This document shows positions 46,936 to 57,442 of a stretch of 64,000 nucleotides of DNA, piece by piece. The notes beneath the pieces were generated by a model. The model had not been told where the DNA came from. It did no database searches and saw only the letters and a program-made list of their open reading frames with translations. A program made the translations under genes and the position numbers. The stretch comes from a virus. The stretch spans positions 79,375-143,374 of the IMG/VR virus record IMGVR_UViG_3300032770_000004, one strand, 5' to 3'. Position 1 is the first letter of the stretch. The number at the start of each line of letters is the position of its first letter.

Positions 46936-49900
46936 ATGCCAGCAACTACTACGTTCACAGGTATTGGAATTTCGCTTCAGTCTGTTACTCCACAGACTAA
47001 CGGATCTTCCTTGCTTGTGCGTTTTACAACAGTTCCACTTCAGGTAAGTCCACTTGGCGCTAATGATGCGTTGAATCCGGCTAACTATGCTCTTACGGGT
47101 CCTGGTTCTGCTGCCATTTCGAGTGTTTCATCGGTAGCTACGGATTCGCAATCTGTAGCCATCGCATTCAGTTCTCCACTTGCTGCTGGAACGTGGATAC
47201 TCACTGTAACGAATATTCAAACCCCCGGGGCCGTTGGCCTGATTCCGCCTACCAGCATGACCTTCTTGGTCACGGTTAGCGCCAATGCCACCTCATTGGC
47301 GGCTGGCGCTAGCAATGATGATGCAGAAAAAATCATTCGTAAGCACCTCAGTCAAGGAATGGCTGGTGACAACTGGAATGCTCTCATCGCGGGGCTAGCT
47401 AGTGGAGACGATGCAAACTGGACCAATGCCGAGCTTGCATTTGATCAGCTCTTTGAGATTTCCGCCAGCGGCGCTTATCTTGACCGTCTTGGCTCCAATC
47501 GCGGTATTGTTCGACCACCCGATGTCGGACTGAGCGATGACCTCTACCGCCAGCTCCTGATCGCCCTTAACAGCAACAAACTGACCCACGAAGCTCTCCG
47601 TGAAATCCTGGCTATCTTCTATGGCCAGGATGCATTGCGAGCCTGGGCAGAGACCTCGCTTGAGGAGCCATTTGCCCTTAAAGATGGATCTACGCTGACC
47701 TGGGAACTCGACGAAGATACGGACCTATCTACGACCTTCTCGGCTGAACAATTCACTCAAATCGAAGCCGCTACCGCACTCGAAGTCGCGTCCATACTAA
47801 CCAAAGCCATGGCCGATGCTGGTACCTTCGGCTATGCAGCGGCTGTTGTCAATCCAATTACTGGTGGCAAGCGAGTTCGCATCTATAGCGGCAGCCTGGG
47901 CCTTAAGTCTTTCGTACGCATTACTGGTGGAACAGCACAGCCCTTCGTTCGTTTCCCGCTCTACAAAGAGGTCTACAGTGGTACGGTCACTTCTGGACTT
48001 GGTTACAACTGGTCATATAGCAACCCTTCTCAGGGCGTTACCAGAATCTCGCTTACTACAGTCGGCCAGCCGCTAATCGATATCTCGTCAATTCAGGCGG
48101 GGGACTATGTAGTAATTGGCCCCAACATCAACGTAGCTTCGGGTTCGTACTCCATTACGGCTGTTGATTATTCGTGGAGCGGCACATCACTCACGCAATC
48201 GTTTGATCTCGATGTCGATTTGGGATTCGTTGGTTCTACTCTTCAAATAGGAAATGACGACTATCGCTTCTTCAACCCTCAGAAACAAACAATCCTTAAT
48301 GGATCCAGAACTGTGGTGGTTGCCCAGGTTCAGCCCGGTCAAGTCGATATTCAAATTCCTGCAACTACCCAGGCTGTCAGTAGAGGACCCAGAATCGCTG
48401 CATATGGTCGAGATAACGCAACCACATTGGCAGTGGAGAGCTACATCCGTGACACTGACGGAACGGTTACGCTCAATCTCAGCGAGAGCCTTGGTTCACC
48501 GCTCGCCGCCAATTCTCAAATCTTCCTAGAGGGCTTTAGGCCTGCGCTTAGTCGCCCATGGACTAGCCCCGGCGTACCTGGAACATACCCTGCTGTAGCT
48601 ACAGCAAACGCCAGTTATGGCACTTGTTGGACATCTACCCAGACTCCCCCGTCTGCAAATAAGCATTTCAGCAGAATGGTGGCGTTGCAGAACGATGACA
48701 TTCTGATTACCGGAGGACTCTCGTTCTCTGGTGGTGTCACTGCCGGTGAATCCGCGAAAGCTAATAGATTCCGTCTTGCATCAACCACTACCACGGTCAA
48801 TGACGGCAGTGAAGCCGATGGAGCATCGAGATTTTCGTATCAGTGGATCGCGACGGCAGATATGAATACGGCACGCCTGGAACACGCACAGTCCCTGCTT
48901 GCTGATGGGCGCGTATTGGTGACGGGTGGTCAGTCATCAACAGGAAGCGGGATAGTATTCAACGTTATCACCGCTAAGAATTCGCCAGAGATTTATTCTC
49001 CATCTACCAATACCTGGACCAATGTAGCCGCAATGTCTATGAAGCGTACGGGCCATCAACAGGTGACGATGAACAACAACAAAGTCATCGTGATTGGTGG
49101 CGCCTTTAACATGGGCACGGCCACGAATACTACCGAAATTTTCGATCCGTCAACTGGCGTATGGTCAGCTGGTGCTTCGATGTCCATTCCCAGATACCAG
49201 CACAAAGCGGTTGCTCTCTCTGATGGTCGAATCTTTGTGACTGGCGGACGCACGCTCGGCCAAACAATGGCTACGCCAAATACCTGTCTAGCGTACTGGA
49301 CAATGGATGACTCCAGCAATCCTACTTTTGTCAACGATTTAGTTGGTAGTTGGCCGCTGGCTGTGCATGGTAGCCCTACTATCATTGATGGAAAGGTTAA
49401 TTCGGCACGTGACTTCACTGTCTCTGGTTCATGGGCAGATGAAAATGGCTACCTGAATGATCCTACCGCTATTTCCCTGCTAACAGGCGAATGGACTATC
49501 GAATTCTGGCTTCCCGCTGGATCCGGAACAGACGGCGTACTATTCGCGTATGGAGGACCAACCGGCGTCCTTGCAGACAATCTACTTTTTGAAGTAGGTC
49601 TTGCCGGAGGTGCCATTTATTGGAAGTGGCAATATGGTGCTGGTGTGAATGTCACTGCCACGGCTACTACCACTTTGGCTGGATGGCAATATGTAGGAAC
49701 ATTCATTGCTGTCAGAAAGAAGTTCAATGGAACTAACTATGACGTTTCTTGGTTTCTCAATGGCGTCGTAATGGACACCTGGACAAACCAAACGAATTGT
49801 GCAGGCGGTACTAATGCACAATGGTTTATCTGTGCAGATCCTAAAACCTCACCTGTTGTGAATGGTGGATCGCGAGCTATTCTTGATGAAGCTCGTATCA

Positions 49901-51582
49901 GCAACGTCGCTCTTTTAGATTCCGATATCCTTAACGACTACTACACTACCTCAGGTTGGGTTGGTTTCTTGTGGGATATCGAAAACGTTGAGGGCGTAGC
50001 AACAGATAGAACCGCTTTCTATACTCCCGGTACTAATACCTGGACAGAAGGACCCAAAATGCAGTTCGGTAGAGCCCTGCATAACATGCATCTGCTACCA
50101 GATGGGAAAGTTTTGGTCTACGGAGGATATGGCCGCGATCTCACGACAGAACTCCCACCACAACATCAGGATGAAGTCACGACTTGGCCCAATCTGTCTG
50201 GCGTAACAATGTCGGCAGAGTATTGGGATCCAAATACCAATCGTTGGTATGCAACTGAAGCACCTTCACAGCTATATGTTGATGCATGTTCAGTTTATTT
50301 GCCAACTAGCAATCAGATTATAGTCACAAATCCTCGTAACACCGCACAATCAATTGACTATTCCCAAATTGGTGTTTACACTAATTCTATTCCTTTTAGG
50401 GTTGAGGCGTTCGATTGTACAAATAAGACCTGGAAAGTTCTTCCGATCCAAAATACATCGGATCAATATCTTTCCACCACCTATGGAATCCATGCAGGCA
50501 GCGATGTCGTACTGATTACAGGTGGAGTGAATGGAAGCCTTGTACCGTATCCTAATGCTACGCTTTTGACTCCAGGTGCCACACAGTTTGTAGGTGGTGG
50601 TCTAAACGGGCTCCATTCAGTCGTATCATCTACCACTGGATCTATCACCATCTCGACTCCGAGCTATCCATTCTTCTCGACCAATTTTGGAGACGCAGGT
50701 TATCAAGGCGGACAAGTTTTCGACACTACCAATTGGACATACAACGACCTATACACGAACTACACCTATCAGATTAGCAATTTTGTGCGTAGCTCTAACG
50801 TGGCGACGTTGACATTAAATACGACTGCCGGGCTCTCTGTCGGCCAGTCTGTATATGTCAACATCAATACCAATGTGCCGATGGGTATCAAAACCCTCAC
50901 GGCTGTAACACCTACAACTATCTCGTACGTTGATACTGGTACTGACATTGGCTCTACACCTACAACAGGCGTAGTTGATATCAATCAGAATCCCAATGCA
51001 GCGATCCGTATCGGCGCAGTAGCAACACAGCCCTCTACTGACCCTGGTCCATACATCTTTGATCCAAAACTCGGACTTTCTGTTCTCAGCACAGCTACTA
51101 CTCTTCAAACAGCTATTCTGACCGGCCAACAAGTAGGCACCTTGACGGTAGCAGACAACAGTGCGTTCCCTAACGCCGAAGGATATTTAGTCATTGACTT
51201 CGGAATGTCAACACAGAGCAGCCCCATCCGTTATCTAGGCAAGTTTGGAACAAACATGCTCATCGTTGATTTTAGTTATGTAGCCGAACATGACTTCACG
51301 GTTGGCTCTACTGTAACCCTTCTACAGGGAAGGAATCCGTTTGTACCTGCCATTCCTTTGGACTCGGCCAACTTCTACATCACCGGCTCTACTATTGGTC
51401 GTATCGCTGCCCAAAACTTCCTCGCTGGTGCTGCTGCGACTGGCATCACTTTGTCAATCGACGTGGTCTATCCAGGAGATCGCGGACTTGGAGCAGAAGG
51501 CTATCCCACCGAAAACGCATCCAAACTGTCAGATGTGGTCAGAATGTTCGGTGGAGATAACCTTGACGAGGAGGGCCTATGA
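46936..51582 (+). CDS. Baseplate wedge (gpI-like) with kelch propeller and LamG insertion
   Basis: ASGAYLDRLG..GLSDDLYR; kelch GG motifs (LADGRVLVTGG, EIYSPSTNTW); LamG (WTIEFW, ILDEARISNVAL). Confidence 0.75.
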   Translation: MPATTTFTGIGISLQSVTPQTNGSSLLVRFTTVPLQVSPLGANDALNPANYALTGPGSAAISSVSSVATDSQSVAIAFSSPLAAGTWILTVTNIQTPGAVGLIPPTSMTFLVTVSANATSLAAGASNDDAEKIIRKHLSQGMAGDNWNALIAGLASGDDANWTNAELAFDQLFEISASGAYLDRLGSNRGIVRPPDVGLSDDLYRQLLIALNSNKLTHEALREILAIFYGQDALRAWAETSLEEPFALKDGSTLTWELDEDTDLSTTFSAEQFTQIEAATALEVASILTKAMADAGTFGYAAAVVNPITGGKRVRIYSGSLGLKSFVRITGGTAQPFVRFPLYKEVYSGTVTSGLGYNWSYSNPSQGVTRISLTTVGQPLIDISSIQAGDYVVIGPNINVASGSYSITAVDYSWSGTSLTQSFDLDVDLGFVGSTLQIGNDDYRFFNPQKQTILNGSRTVVVAQVQPGQVDIQIPATTQAVSRGPRIAAYGRDNATTLAVESYIRDTDGTVTLNLSESLGSPLAANSQIFLEGFRPALSRPWTSPGVPGTYPAVATANASYGTCWTSTQTPPSANKHFSRMVALQNDDILITGGLSFSGGVTAGESAKANRFRLASTTTTVNDGSEADGASRFSYQWIATADMNTARLEHAQSLLADGRVLVTGGQSSTGSGIVFNVITAKNSPEIYSPSTNTWTNVAAMSMKRTGHQQVTMNNNKVIVIGGAFNMGTATNTTEIFDPSTGVWSAGASMSIPRYQHKAVALSDGRIFVTGGRTLGQTMATPNTCLAYWTMDDSSNPTFVNDLVGSWPLAVHGSPTIIDGKVNSARDFTVSGSWADENGYLNDPTAISLLTGEWTIEFWLPAGSGTDGVLFAYGGPTGVLADNLLFEVGLAGGAIYWKWQYGAGVNVTATATTTLAGWQYVGTFIAVRKKFNGTNYDVSWFLNGVVMDTWTNQTNCAGGTNAQWFICADPKTSPVVNGGSRAILDEARISNVALLDSDILNDYYTTSGWVGFLWDIENVEGVATDRTAFYTPGTNTWTEGPKMQFGRALHNMHLLPDGKVLVYGGYGRDLTTELPPQHQDEVTTWPNLSGVTMSAEYWDPNTNRWYATEAPSQLYVDACSVYLPTSNQIIVTNPRNTAQSIDYSQIGVYTNSIPFRVEAFDCTNKTWKVLPIQNTSDQYLSTTYGIHAGSDVVLITGGVNGSLVPYPNATLLTPGATQFVGGGLNGLHSVVSSTTGSITISTPSYPFFSTNFGDAGYQGGQVFDTTNWTYNDLYTNYTYQISNFVRSSNVATLTLNTTAGLSVGQSVYVNINTNVPMGIKTLTAVTPTTISYVDTGTDIGSTPTTGVVDINQNPNAAIRIGAVATQPSTDPGPYIFDPKLGLSVLSTATTLQTAILTGQQVGTLTVADNSAFPNAEGYLVIDFGMSTQSSPIRYLGKFGTNMLIVDFSYVAEHDFTVGSTVTLLQGRNPFVPAIPLDSANFYITGSTIGRIAAQNFLAGAAATGITLSIDVVYPGDRGLGAEGYPTENASKLSDVVRMFGGDNLDEEGL

Positions 51583-52007
51583 GAGCACGTTCGATAGTCA
51601 CAGCAGGTGTCATTTGTTACATTAATGGTAAGCCTTTCGGGCGCGTCAAGGACTTTAGATTTGAAAGTTCTACCGGCAAGAAGCCGCAGTACGCTGTCGA
51701 CACGCTTGAGCCATACGAGTTGATTCCCACTATTACCAGGGTTACGGGGAGCATGACACTTCAACGTACTGTAGGAGACGCAGGTGCAGAAGGAGCTGCC
51801 TTGACGGTTCGTTTCGAAGACCTCCCACGCGAGCGTTACTTTAGCGTTCAACTCATTGAACGAGTCAGTGATACCCTCATTTTCGAAGCAAAATACTGTG
51901 CAGTTACGCGTCAATCCTGGAGTTTCCCCGAGAAAGGGGTTGTCACCGGATCCGTGGAATTCGAAGCCATCGACTGGTCCAATGAACTTCGCCCAGCCCA
52001 GGCGTAA
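51579..52007 (+). CDS. Tail tube-like baseplate protein
   Basis: Similar in pattern to the tube protein (YINGKPFG, PYELIP). Confidence 0.6.
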   Translation: MRARSIVTAGVICYINGKPFGRVKDFRFESSTGKKPQYAVDTLEPYELIPTITRVTGSMTLQRTVGDAGAEGAALTVRFEDLPRERYFSVQLIERVSDTLIFEAKYCAVTRQSWSFPEKGVVTGSVEFEAIDWSNELRPAQA

Positions 52008-52032
52008 TCTTTGATCTATCGAGGTTTGATAG

Positions 52033-52431
52033 ATGAAAATTTGCAAGTGTGGTCAAGAATTTGAAGGAAAATGGAAGTGTGCTAAGTGCAAATCTCAGTA
52101 TCAGCACGATTGGTATCAGAAAAACAAACATAAAATTTATATAGATCCTCGTGCTAAAGCAAGCAAAAAGAAATGGCGAAACAAAAAGGCGGCAGAGTGG
52201 ACGAAGAAATATCACAATCTTAAGCGCGGACCTTGTGTGGATTGCGGTAAGACTTATCAACCCTGGCAAATGCAATTTGATCATATTGGTGATGACAAAT
52301 TCGATAATGTCGCCACAATGGTTCATGATTTCAAGCCCTTTGAAGAAATTGTAGCAGAGATTAAGAAATGCGATTTGGTTTGCGCAAATTGCCGTGCTGA
52401 TCGTACCTATAAACGTTTGCATTCCGAGTAA
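52033..52431 (+). CDS. HNH endonuclease
   Basis: PCVDCG..MQFDH..EIKKCDLVCANC. Confidence 0.85.
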   Translation: MKICKCGQEFEGKWKCAKCKSQYQHDWYQKNKHKIYIDPRAKASKKKWRNKKAAEWTKKYHNLKRGPCVDCGKTYQPWQMQFDHIGDDKFDNVATMVHDFKPFEEIVAEIKKCDLVCANCRADRTYKRLHSE

Positions 52432-52449
52432 TCTTAGGAGTATTCCCCA

Positions 52450-55047
52450 ATGGCTATCATTAGACAAGAAAATTGGCTGTCACAACAAAGAGTGGATTTG
52501 CCACATCTTCGTTCTATTGAGCTTGGAGTCGCAGGCGACTTCGACTCTCTTGTCGGCCGCGCAATGGCGGGCAGCAAAGCCTTGGTAGTTCGTGGCTTTT
52601 CGATGGCTAATATTGCCACTAGTTCTCCTGCGACAGGTCTTCAGGTATCAACAGCTAACGGCATTCTCTATAATGTCAACGCGACTGAAGCAGGAAGCAT
52701 TCTATGGGTTCCGGCCGATCGAGCCGTGGAAATCCTTAACCCGGCCACGAACTCTCGTGTAACAGGCAGCTGGACCCCTTCAGCGGTCAATTACGTAGGT
52801 ATTGACTTCACCAGAACAGCCGATGCATCCACGACCGATCTCGTTCAGTTCCTTGATGCCAATACGCTCGTAGAGACACCCAAGTCTGTTCCACTAGCAA
52901 GGACGCTTGACTACCAATTTGTCATCAGCACCATCCCATTCGCTGGTCAGCCAAATCTTGTTCCTCTTGCTATCGTCACCCTGAATTCCAGCAGCCAAAT
53001 GACGGCCGTTCAGGACGCACGTCCAATGATGTTCCGTTTGGGTTCTGGTGGCGATGCTCCAAACCGTCAAAACGCCTATCCATTCCCAGATGGTCGCTTC
53101 GAGAATTACTCAACCCTGAGCAATACCCTCTTCAGTGGTGGCGACAAAGCCATTTTGAGCCAGAAAGATTGGTTTGATGCTGCGATGACTCGCATCCAAG
53201 AAATTGGTGGTGGCGAATATTGGTATTCGGCCACAGCGGATCGCAACGTCAACATGATTACTCACGACTCGCCATTCAGTAACGGCGAGTACTTCAGCTG
53301 GAATCTTGGTACCCAGACAATTTCGTGGCAGAACATTCGGTTTGTCTTTGACAACAGTACCGGATGGTACAACGATGTCCAGGACGGTAGCCTTTCGCCT
53401 TTGGCTGATGGACAATGTATCTACGTCGACCTGGATCGCACCAAGAACGCTGTCGGTCTAATCGTTCAATCCGCTACCTTGACAACCCTTGGCCCCGGAG
53501 CTGTACCCGGTAGTCGCTGGATTCTAGCTTGGCGCAAAGGCAATGACATCTTTACGCGCGGTTGGCGTTATGCTGTAGGCACTACATTCCAGCCAGCTAC
53601 CGCTACGAGTCTGGGAGAAGTAGAACTGAATCAGACTCCAGCCAATAGTTTGGCTCCGGTTGTAGTGACTATTGGTGTAAACGGAAGCGTACTGGTTAAC
53701 GGAATTACTACTAACGTTGCAGGGGCTGGCTACTATGCCATTTCTGCAATCGGCGGAAACACCTCTGCAAACTCTACGGTAGCTGGTACTGGATTGATCG
53801 GTTTAGGGGGTAATGATAGCGGCAACACCGGAGGTGGCGGTACAGGCGTTAACGGATTAGGGGGTAATGGTTCTGGTACGAGCATTGGCGGCTATGGTGT
53901 TGTCGGTCAAGGTGGTACTGCGTCTGGAACTGCCAATCAAGGTATCGGCGGATACTTCAGCGGCGCGGCCGGTGCAGGTTCAGGTACGGCCGTAAACGGC
54001 GGTACCGGTGCCGTTGCCATAGGCGGTATCCCTGCTAGTTCAGGGAGTGGCGGCATTGGTCTTATCTCAACTGGTGGAGCTGCTACGAGCGGGAACGGAG
54101 GCTTGGGAGCCGAAATTTCTGGCGGCAATACAGCTACTGGTGTTTCGGCCGGTACTGGTTTGTTGCTCTTTGGCGGCAACGCCACTGGCGGTACTGGCAA
54201 CGGCGGAGTAGGTCTTTCCGTAACAGGTGGCTCTACGGCTGGAGGCGTGAGCGGTCACGCTATCGTAGCGGTTGCTCGCACATCAAGTGGGGCACTTGGC
54301 ATTCTGGTTCAAGATTTCAGCAGCATCAATAGTAATGTCCTTGCTGAAATTGACGGATACCTCAACATCGCTTCTGGCGCTCCAAGCACCAGTGCCAATA
54401 TCAAGAATTTGATCACATCCAAAAACATCAATAAGATGTGGGCAAATGTCTCTCTACAATCCAATACTTATACGATCATAGATGGTGTTGGAATACTTAG
54501 TTGCACGGTGCATTTGGGAGCCATCGATGTATCTTTCGCTGCCAACATGGCAGATACAAACTATGAAGTCGAGCTTTCGATGGGTCGTCCGACATACACC
54601 GGTATTGGTGGGATCCGCTTCGGAAATCTGCTCGTACCATACGTCATTAGTAAGCACGTAGGATTTGTCACGATCGGCTTCAAGACAAGCATGGAACTTC
54701 ATCTAGCGTATACCTCTAGAGGCACAACTGCCTTTGCTGGTGGCGATATCGTTACTGAAGCCACTAGCAATGCCAAGGCTGTGGTGATTGCAGACTCCAA
54801 TGCTGGGGGATCTTTGGCGGCTGCGGGCTATTTGACGGTTATGCCTATAACGGCACTCAGTTTCGCGGGTGGCTTAGCATTAAGTTCTAGCTCTGGATCT
54901 GCAACTAGCACAGCAATTGGTACCATCAGTGGTTTGTGGCCTACATATCCTGGCTACATTGACCCTTCTGCAAATGATCCATTTACTGGCGCTGCCGCTT
55001 TCGGTGGTGAAACCTTCTATATCTCCGTAATGGGAATGCAGGCATAA
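52450..55047 (+). CDS. Tail fibre protein with glycine-rich repeat region
   Basis: QQRVDLPHLRSIE baseplate-attachment-type N-terminus; repeated GxGG motifs at about 53750-54300. Confidence 0.7.
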   Translation: MAIIRQENWLSQQRVDLPHLRSIELGVAGDFDSLVGRAMAGSKALVVRGFSMANIATSSPATGLQVSTANGILYNVNATEAGSILWVPADRAVEILNPATNSRVTGSWTPSAVNYVGIDFTRTADASTTDLVQFLDANTLVETPKSVPLARTLDYQFVISTIPFAGQPNLVPLAIVTLNSSSQMTAVQDARPMMFRLGSGGDAPNRQNAYPFPDGRFENYSTLSNTLFSGGDKAILSQKDWFDAAMTRIQEIGGGEYWYSATADRNVNMITHDSPFSNGEYFSWNLGTQTISWQNIRFVFDNSTGWYNDVQDGSLSPLADGQCIYVDLDRTKNAVGLIVQSATLTTLGPGAVPGSRWILAWRKGNDIFTRGWRYAVGTTFQPATATSLGEVELNQTPANSLAPVVVTIGVNGSVLVNGITTNVAGAGYYAISAIGGNTSANSTVAGTGLIGLGGNDSGNTGGGGTGVNGLGGNGSGTSIGGYGVVGQGGTASGTANQGIGGYFSGAAGAGSGTAVNGGTGAVAIGGIPASSGSGGIGLISTGGAATSGNGGLGAEISGGNTATGVSAGTGLLLFGGNATGGTGNGGVGLSVTGGSTAGGVSGHAIVAVARTSSGALGILVQDFSSINSNVLAEIDGYLNIASGAPSTSANIKNLITSKNINKMWANVSLQSNTYTIIDGVGILSCTVHLGAIDVSFAANMADTNYEVELSMGRPTYTGIGGIRFGNLLVPYVISKHVGFVTIGFKTSMELHLAYTSRGTTAFAGGDIVTEATSNAKAVVIADSNAGGSLAAAGYLTVMPITALSFAGGLALSSSSGSATSTAIGTISGLWPTYPGYIDPSANDPFTGAAAFGGETFYISVMGMQA

Positions 55048-55048
55048 A

Positions 55049-55588
55049 ATGGCTGATTTTGAAGATGCAATCGGTGTCATACTAGCGCATGAGGGTGGCT
55101 GGTGTTCTGTTGCTGCGGATCCTGGTGGCGAGACCAATTATGGTATCAGCACCCTCATTATCGAACGCGAAGGCATCACCAATGAGCAACTTGGATTACC
55201 GCCAGGAAGAGATCCTGGTTGGATGAAAGCCATGTCCGTAGATGCAGCCAAGATGATCTACCAGAATCTATTTTGGAACAAATGGGAATATGGCGCTATT
55301 TCGGATCAGACAGCAGCTACCAAGCTCTTTGACTGTTCCGTCAACTGTGGGCCCAATAGAGCCCATTTAATGGCCCAGAAAGCCGCCAACGCCTGTGGCC
55401 AGAATATCGCTGAAGATGGAATTTTGGGACCCGCCACGGTCGCTGCTATTAACGCTTGCGATCCAAAGGCTTGGGTAACCGCGTTCGCCCAGGAAATGAC
55501 AGACTACTACACTAACCTTGTCAAGGCCCGTCCAAGTCTCGGGATCTTCTTGAAAAATTGGCTGCACCGAGCTTCTTGGGGCGTGTAA
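55049..55588 (+). CDS. Endolysin, glycoside hydrolase family 108 with peptidoglycan-binding C-terminus
   Basis: HEGGW..DPGGETNYGIS, FDCSVNCG, DGILGPAT, FLKNWLHR. Confidence 0.92.
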   Translation: MADFEDAIGVILAHEGGWCSVAADPGGETNYGISTLIIEREGITNEQLGLPPGRDPGWMKAMSVDAAKMIYQNLFWNKWEYGAISDQTAATKLFDCSVNCGPNRAHLMAQKAANACGQNIAEDGILGPATVAAINACDPKAWVTAFAQEMTDYYTNLVKARPSLGIFLKNWLHRASWGV

Positions 55589-55609
55589 TCTTATTGGAAG
55601 GAGAAAACC

Positions 55610-55957
55610 ATGGCAGGACGTCTAATCTCAGCTCTACACCTTACCATTACTGGTGCTACTAGTGGCGGCCAACTAACCATGGCTTCGACTGTTGGCCTTT
55701 ACAAGAATGCCAAGGCGTGGATTAGCAATACCGGTCAGACTAGTCGATTGGTGACGATCGCCCAGATAGTCGATTCCACACACGTTTTGGTCCGATTTGA
55801 TTTGGATCCACACGGTGGTGGCGTCGGTTCGACTCCTAACGACACCATTGGCATCTATCCGAACTACGGGTATAGCGACGTTTCGGCGTATAACGGCGGA
55901 ACGCTTGATCAGATGGATCAGTTCATCTACAACCCCAACGACGAGCCGCTGAGCTAA
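55610..55957 (+). CDS. Small late/structural protein
   Basis: TAATCT and AAGGAG upstream. Confidence 0.65.
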   Translation: MAGRLISALHLTITGATSGGQLTMASTVGLYKNAKAWISNTGQTSRLVTIAQIVDSTHVLVRFDLDPHGGGVGSTPNDTIGIYPNYGYSDVSAYNGGTLDQMDQFIYNPNDEPLS

Positions 55958-56305
55958 TTACTCATCGCTGTAGTCGTCGTCGTATCCCCAATCCTTCTCG
56001 AACTCGTACCAGTGATCGGCGCCAGCGCAGTCGCGCAGTGCGTCAAGAGCCCAATCCATCGGCGCATGGAGTACTTCAGATTCAGTTGGGAAAGCTGATT
56101 CGACCCGCATGAAAACGTCGTTGTTGTCGTTGAATCGAACCCCGGTGTAGTAGCGGCTATCGCCCTGGAGTGAGTTTTGGGTCATGAAGACGCGGAATCT
56201 CTCACGGGCATAGGGGAGGACAGCCAGAAGCGCCTTCTTCGTCTCTTCCGAGAGAAAAGGCGCCTGATAGTTGACTCCATTGCACCGCTTGAGGAAGTTG
56301 ATCAT
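55958..56305 (-). CDS. Hypothetical protein
   Basis: Start moved to MINFLK, 7 nt after the -10 element. Confidence 0.65.
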   Translation of the reverse strand: MINFLKRCNGVNYQAPFLSEETKKALLAVLPYARERFRVFMTQNSLQGDSRYYTGVRFNDNNDVFMRVESAFPTESEVLHAPMDWALDALRDCAGADHWYEFEKDWGYDDDYSDE

Positions 56306-56312
56306 GATGTAG

Positions 56313-56341
56313 ACTATACGCTTACTTCTTCGTATTGTCAA
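56313..56341 (-). promoter_or_regulatory. Sigma70 promoter
   Basis: TTGACA-17-TATAGT. Confidence 0.75.
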
Positions 56342-56762
56342 CACCCGCATCTGGCACAGAAATTTCCACCTTCTCCAGGTGCATCATCATGTCGATGCCG
56401 ATGAAGAACGGGCCAATCTTATGCCAATCGGTGTCACCCTCGCGCGCGTAGATGACGGCCATCTGTCCGTCGTCATTGCCAACGTTGACAATGATCGTAT
56501 CTTCATTGTCATCCTTGTCAGTAGAAAGACTAAAGAAGACGTTGTTAATCTTCAAACCGTCTTTCTCTTCCATCTTCTGGAAGAGAGGATTGGTATCAAG
56601 CGACTGAATGAACTTGGCACGCCACTGGTCCCTGGTGAGATGTTGCTTGGCCTTAGGATCGTTCTTGGCGGCCTTAAGGACCACAGAAGACTTAGTGGTG
56701 GTCGTGGTCGGGGTGGTAGGCGTCCCAGTAAACAGGACAGCAAGGAGGGGAAGGAGGATCAT
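56322..56762 (-). CDS. Secreted/membrane protein with Thr-rich linker
   Basis: Hydrophobic N-terminus followed by TPTTPTTTTT. Confidence 0.65.
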   Translation of the reverse strand: MILLPLLAVLFTGTPTTPTTTTTKSSVVLKAAKNDPKAKQHLTRDQWRAKFIQSLDTNPLFQKMEEKDGLKINNVFFSLSTDKDDNEDTIIVNVGNDDGQMAVIYAREGDTDWHKIGPFFIGIDMMMHLEKVEISVPDAGVDNTKK

Positions 56763-57259
56763 TTGATTTTACCTGACTTTTTGAGTTTGAGGATCGTACC
56801 CATGATGCGAGATCGATCCGCTGGTTTAAGGTGTTCTACGAAAATTTTCCCGTCAAGGTGTTCTAGCTCGTGCTGTAAACATTGTGCTCGAAGCCCAGTG
56901 GCGTGACACAATCCAGATTCCATCGTGTCGAGTTGGTATTTTACCACAACCTCTGGATACCTGTAAATCGTTTCGAATTGACCGGGTACACTCAGGCACC
57001 CTTCGTTCATTGGAACTTTCTTGCCGATAAATTCTGTAATTACTGGATTGACATATACTTCGCGACCAATACCAACGTCTACGATGACAATCCGTAAAGG
57101 AATTCCGACTTGAATGGCGGATAGCCCAATTCCACCAGCCTTCTTCATGGTAGCGTATAGCTCATTCAGAAAATCCTGATCAGGTTTGTCATCAACTTGT
57201 TTACTGACCTCTTTGAGCATTGGGTGGGGCCAGATCAAGATTTTGAGCGGTTCACCCAT
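56759..57259 (-). CDS. def: Peptide deformylase
   Basis: GIGLSAIQ, EGCLS, QHELEHLDG. Confidence 0.95.
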   Translation of the reverse strand: MGEPLKILIWPHPMLKEVSKQVDDKPDQDFLNELYATMKKAGGIGLSAIQVGIPLRIVIVDVGIGREVYVNPVITEFIGKKVPMNEGCLSVPGQFETIYRYPEVVVKYQLDTMESGLCHATGLRAQCLQHELEHLDGKIFVEHLKPADRSRIMGTILKLKKSGKIK

Positions 57260-57358
57260 GGTTATCTTCCTTGCTGTTCGAGCCCTCCTTGAGAATGCGC
57301 GAGGCGGCCTTCGCGTCTTCGACGGCAGGAAGATGCAGCCGCTTGGCGATGGTGGAAA

Positions 57359-57442
57359 TCACGGCGCCTTCTCCTGTTCGAGCACCTTGCGCGCGGCTTC
57401 GATGGCGGCATCTGTCACTCACGGCGCCTTCTCCTGTTCGAG
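57359..57442. repeat. 24-bp direct repeat, 60-bp period
   Basis: TCACGGCGCCTTCTCCTGTTCGAG at 57359 and 57419. Confidence 0.9.

Noticed and set aside
44951-55047. Diversity-generating retroelement acting on fibres
   Set aside because: No reverse transcriptase and no template/variable repeat pair seen in the window.
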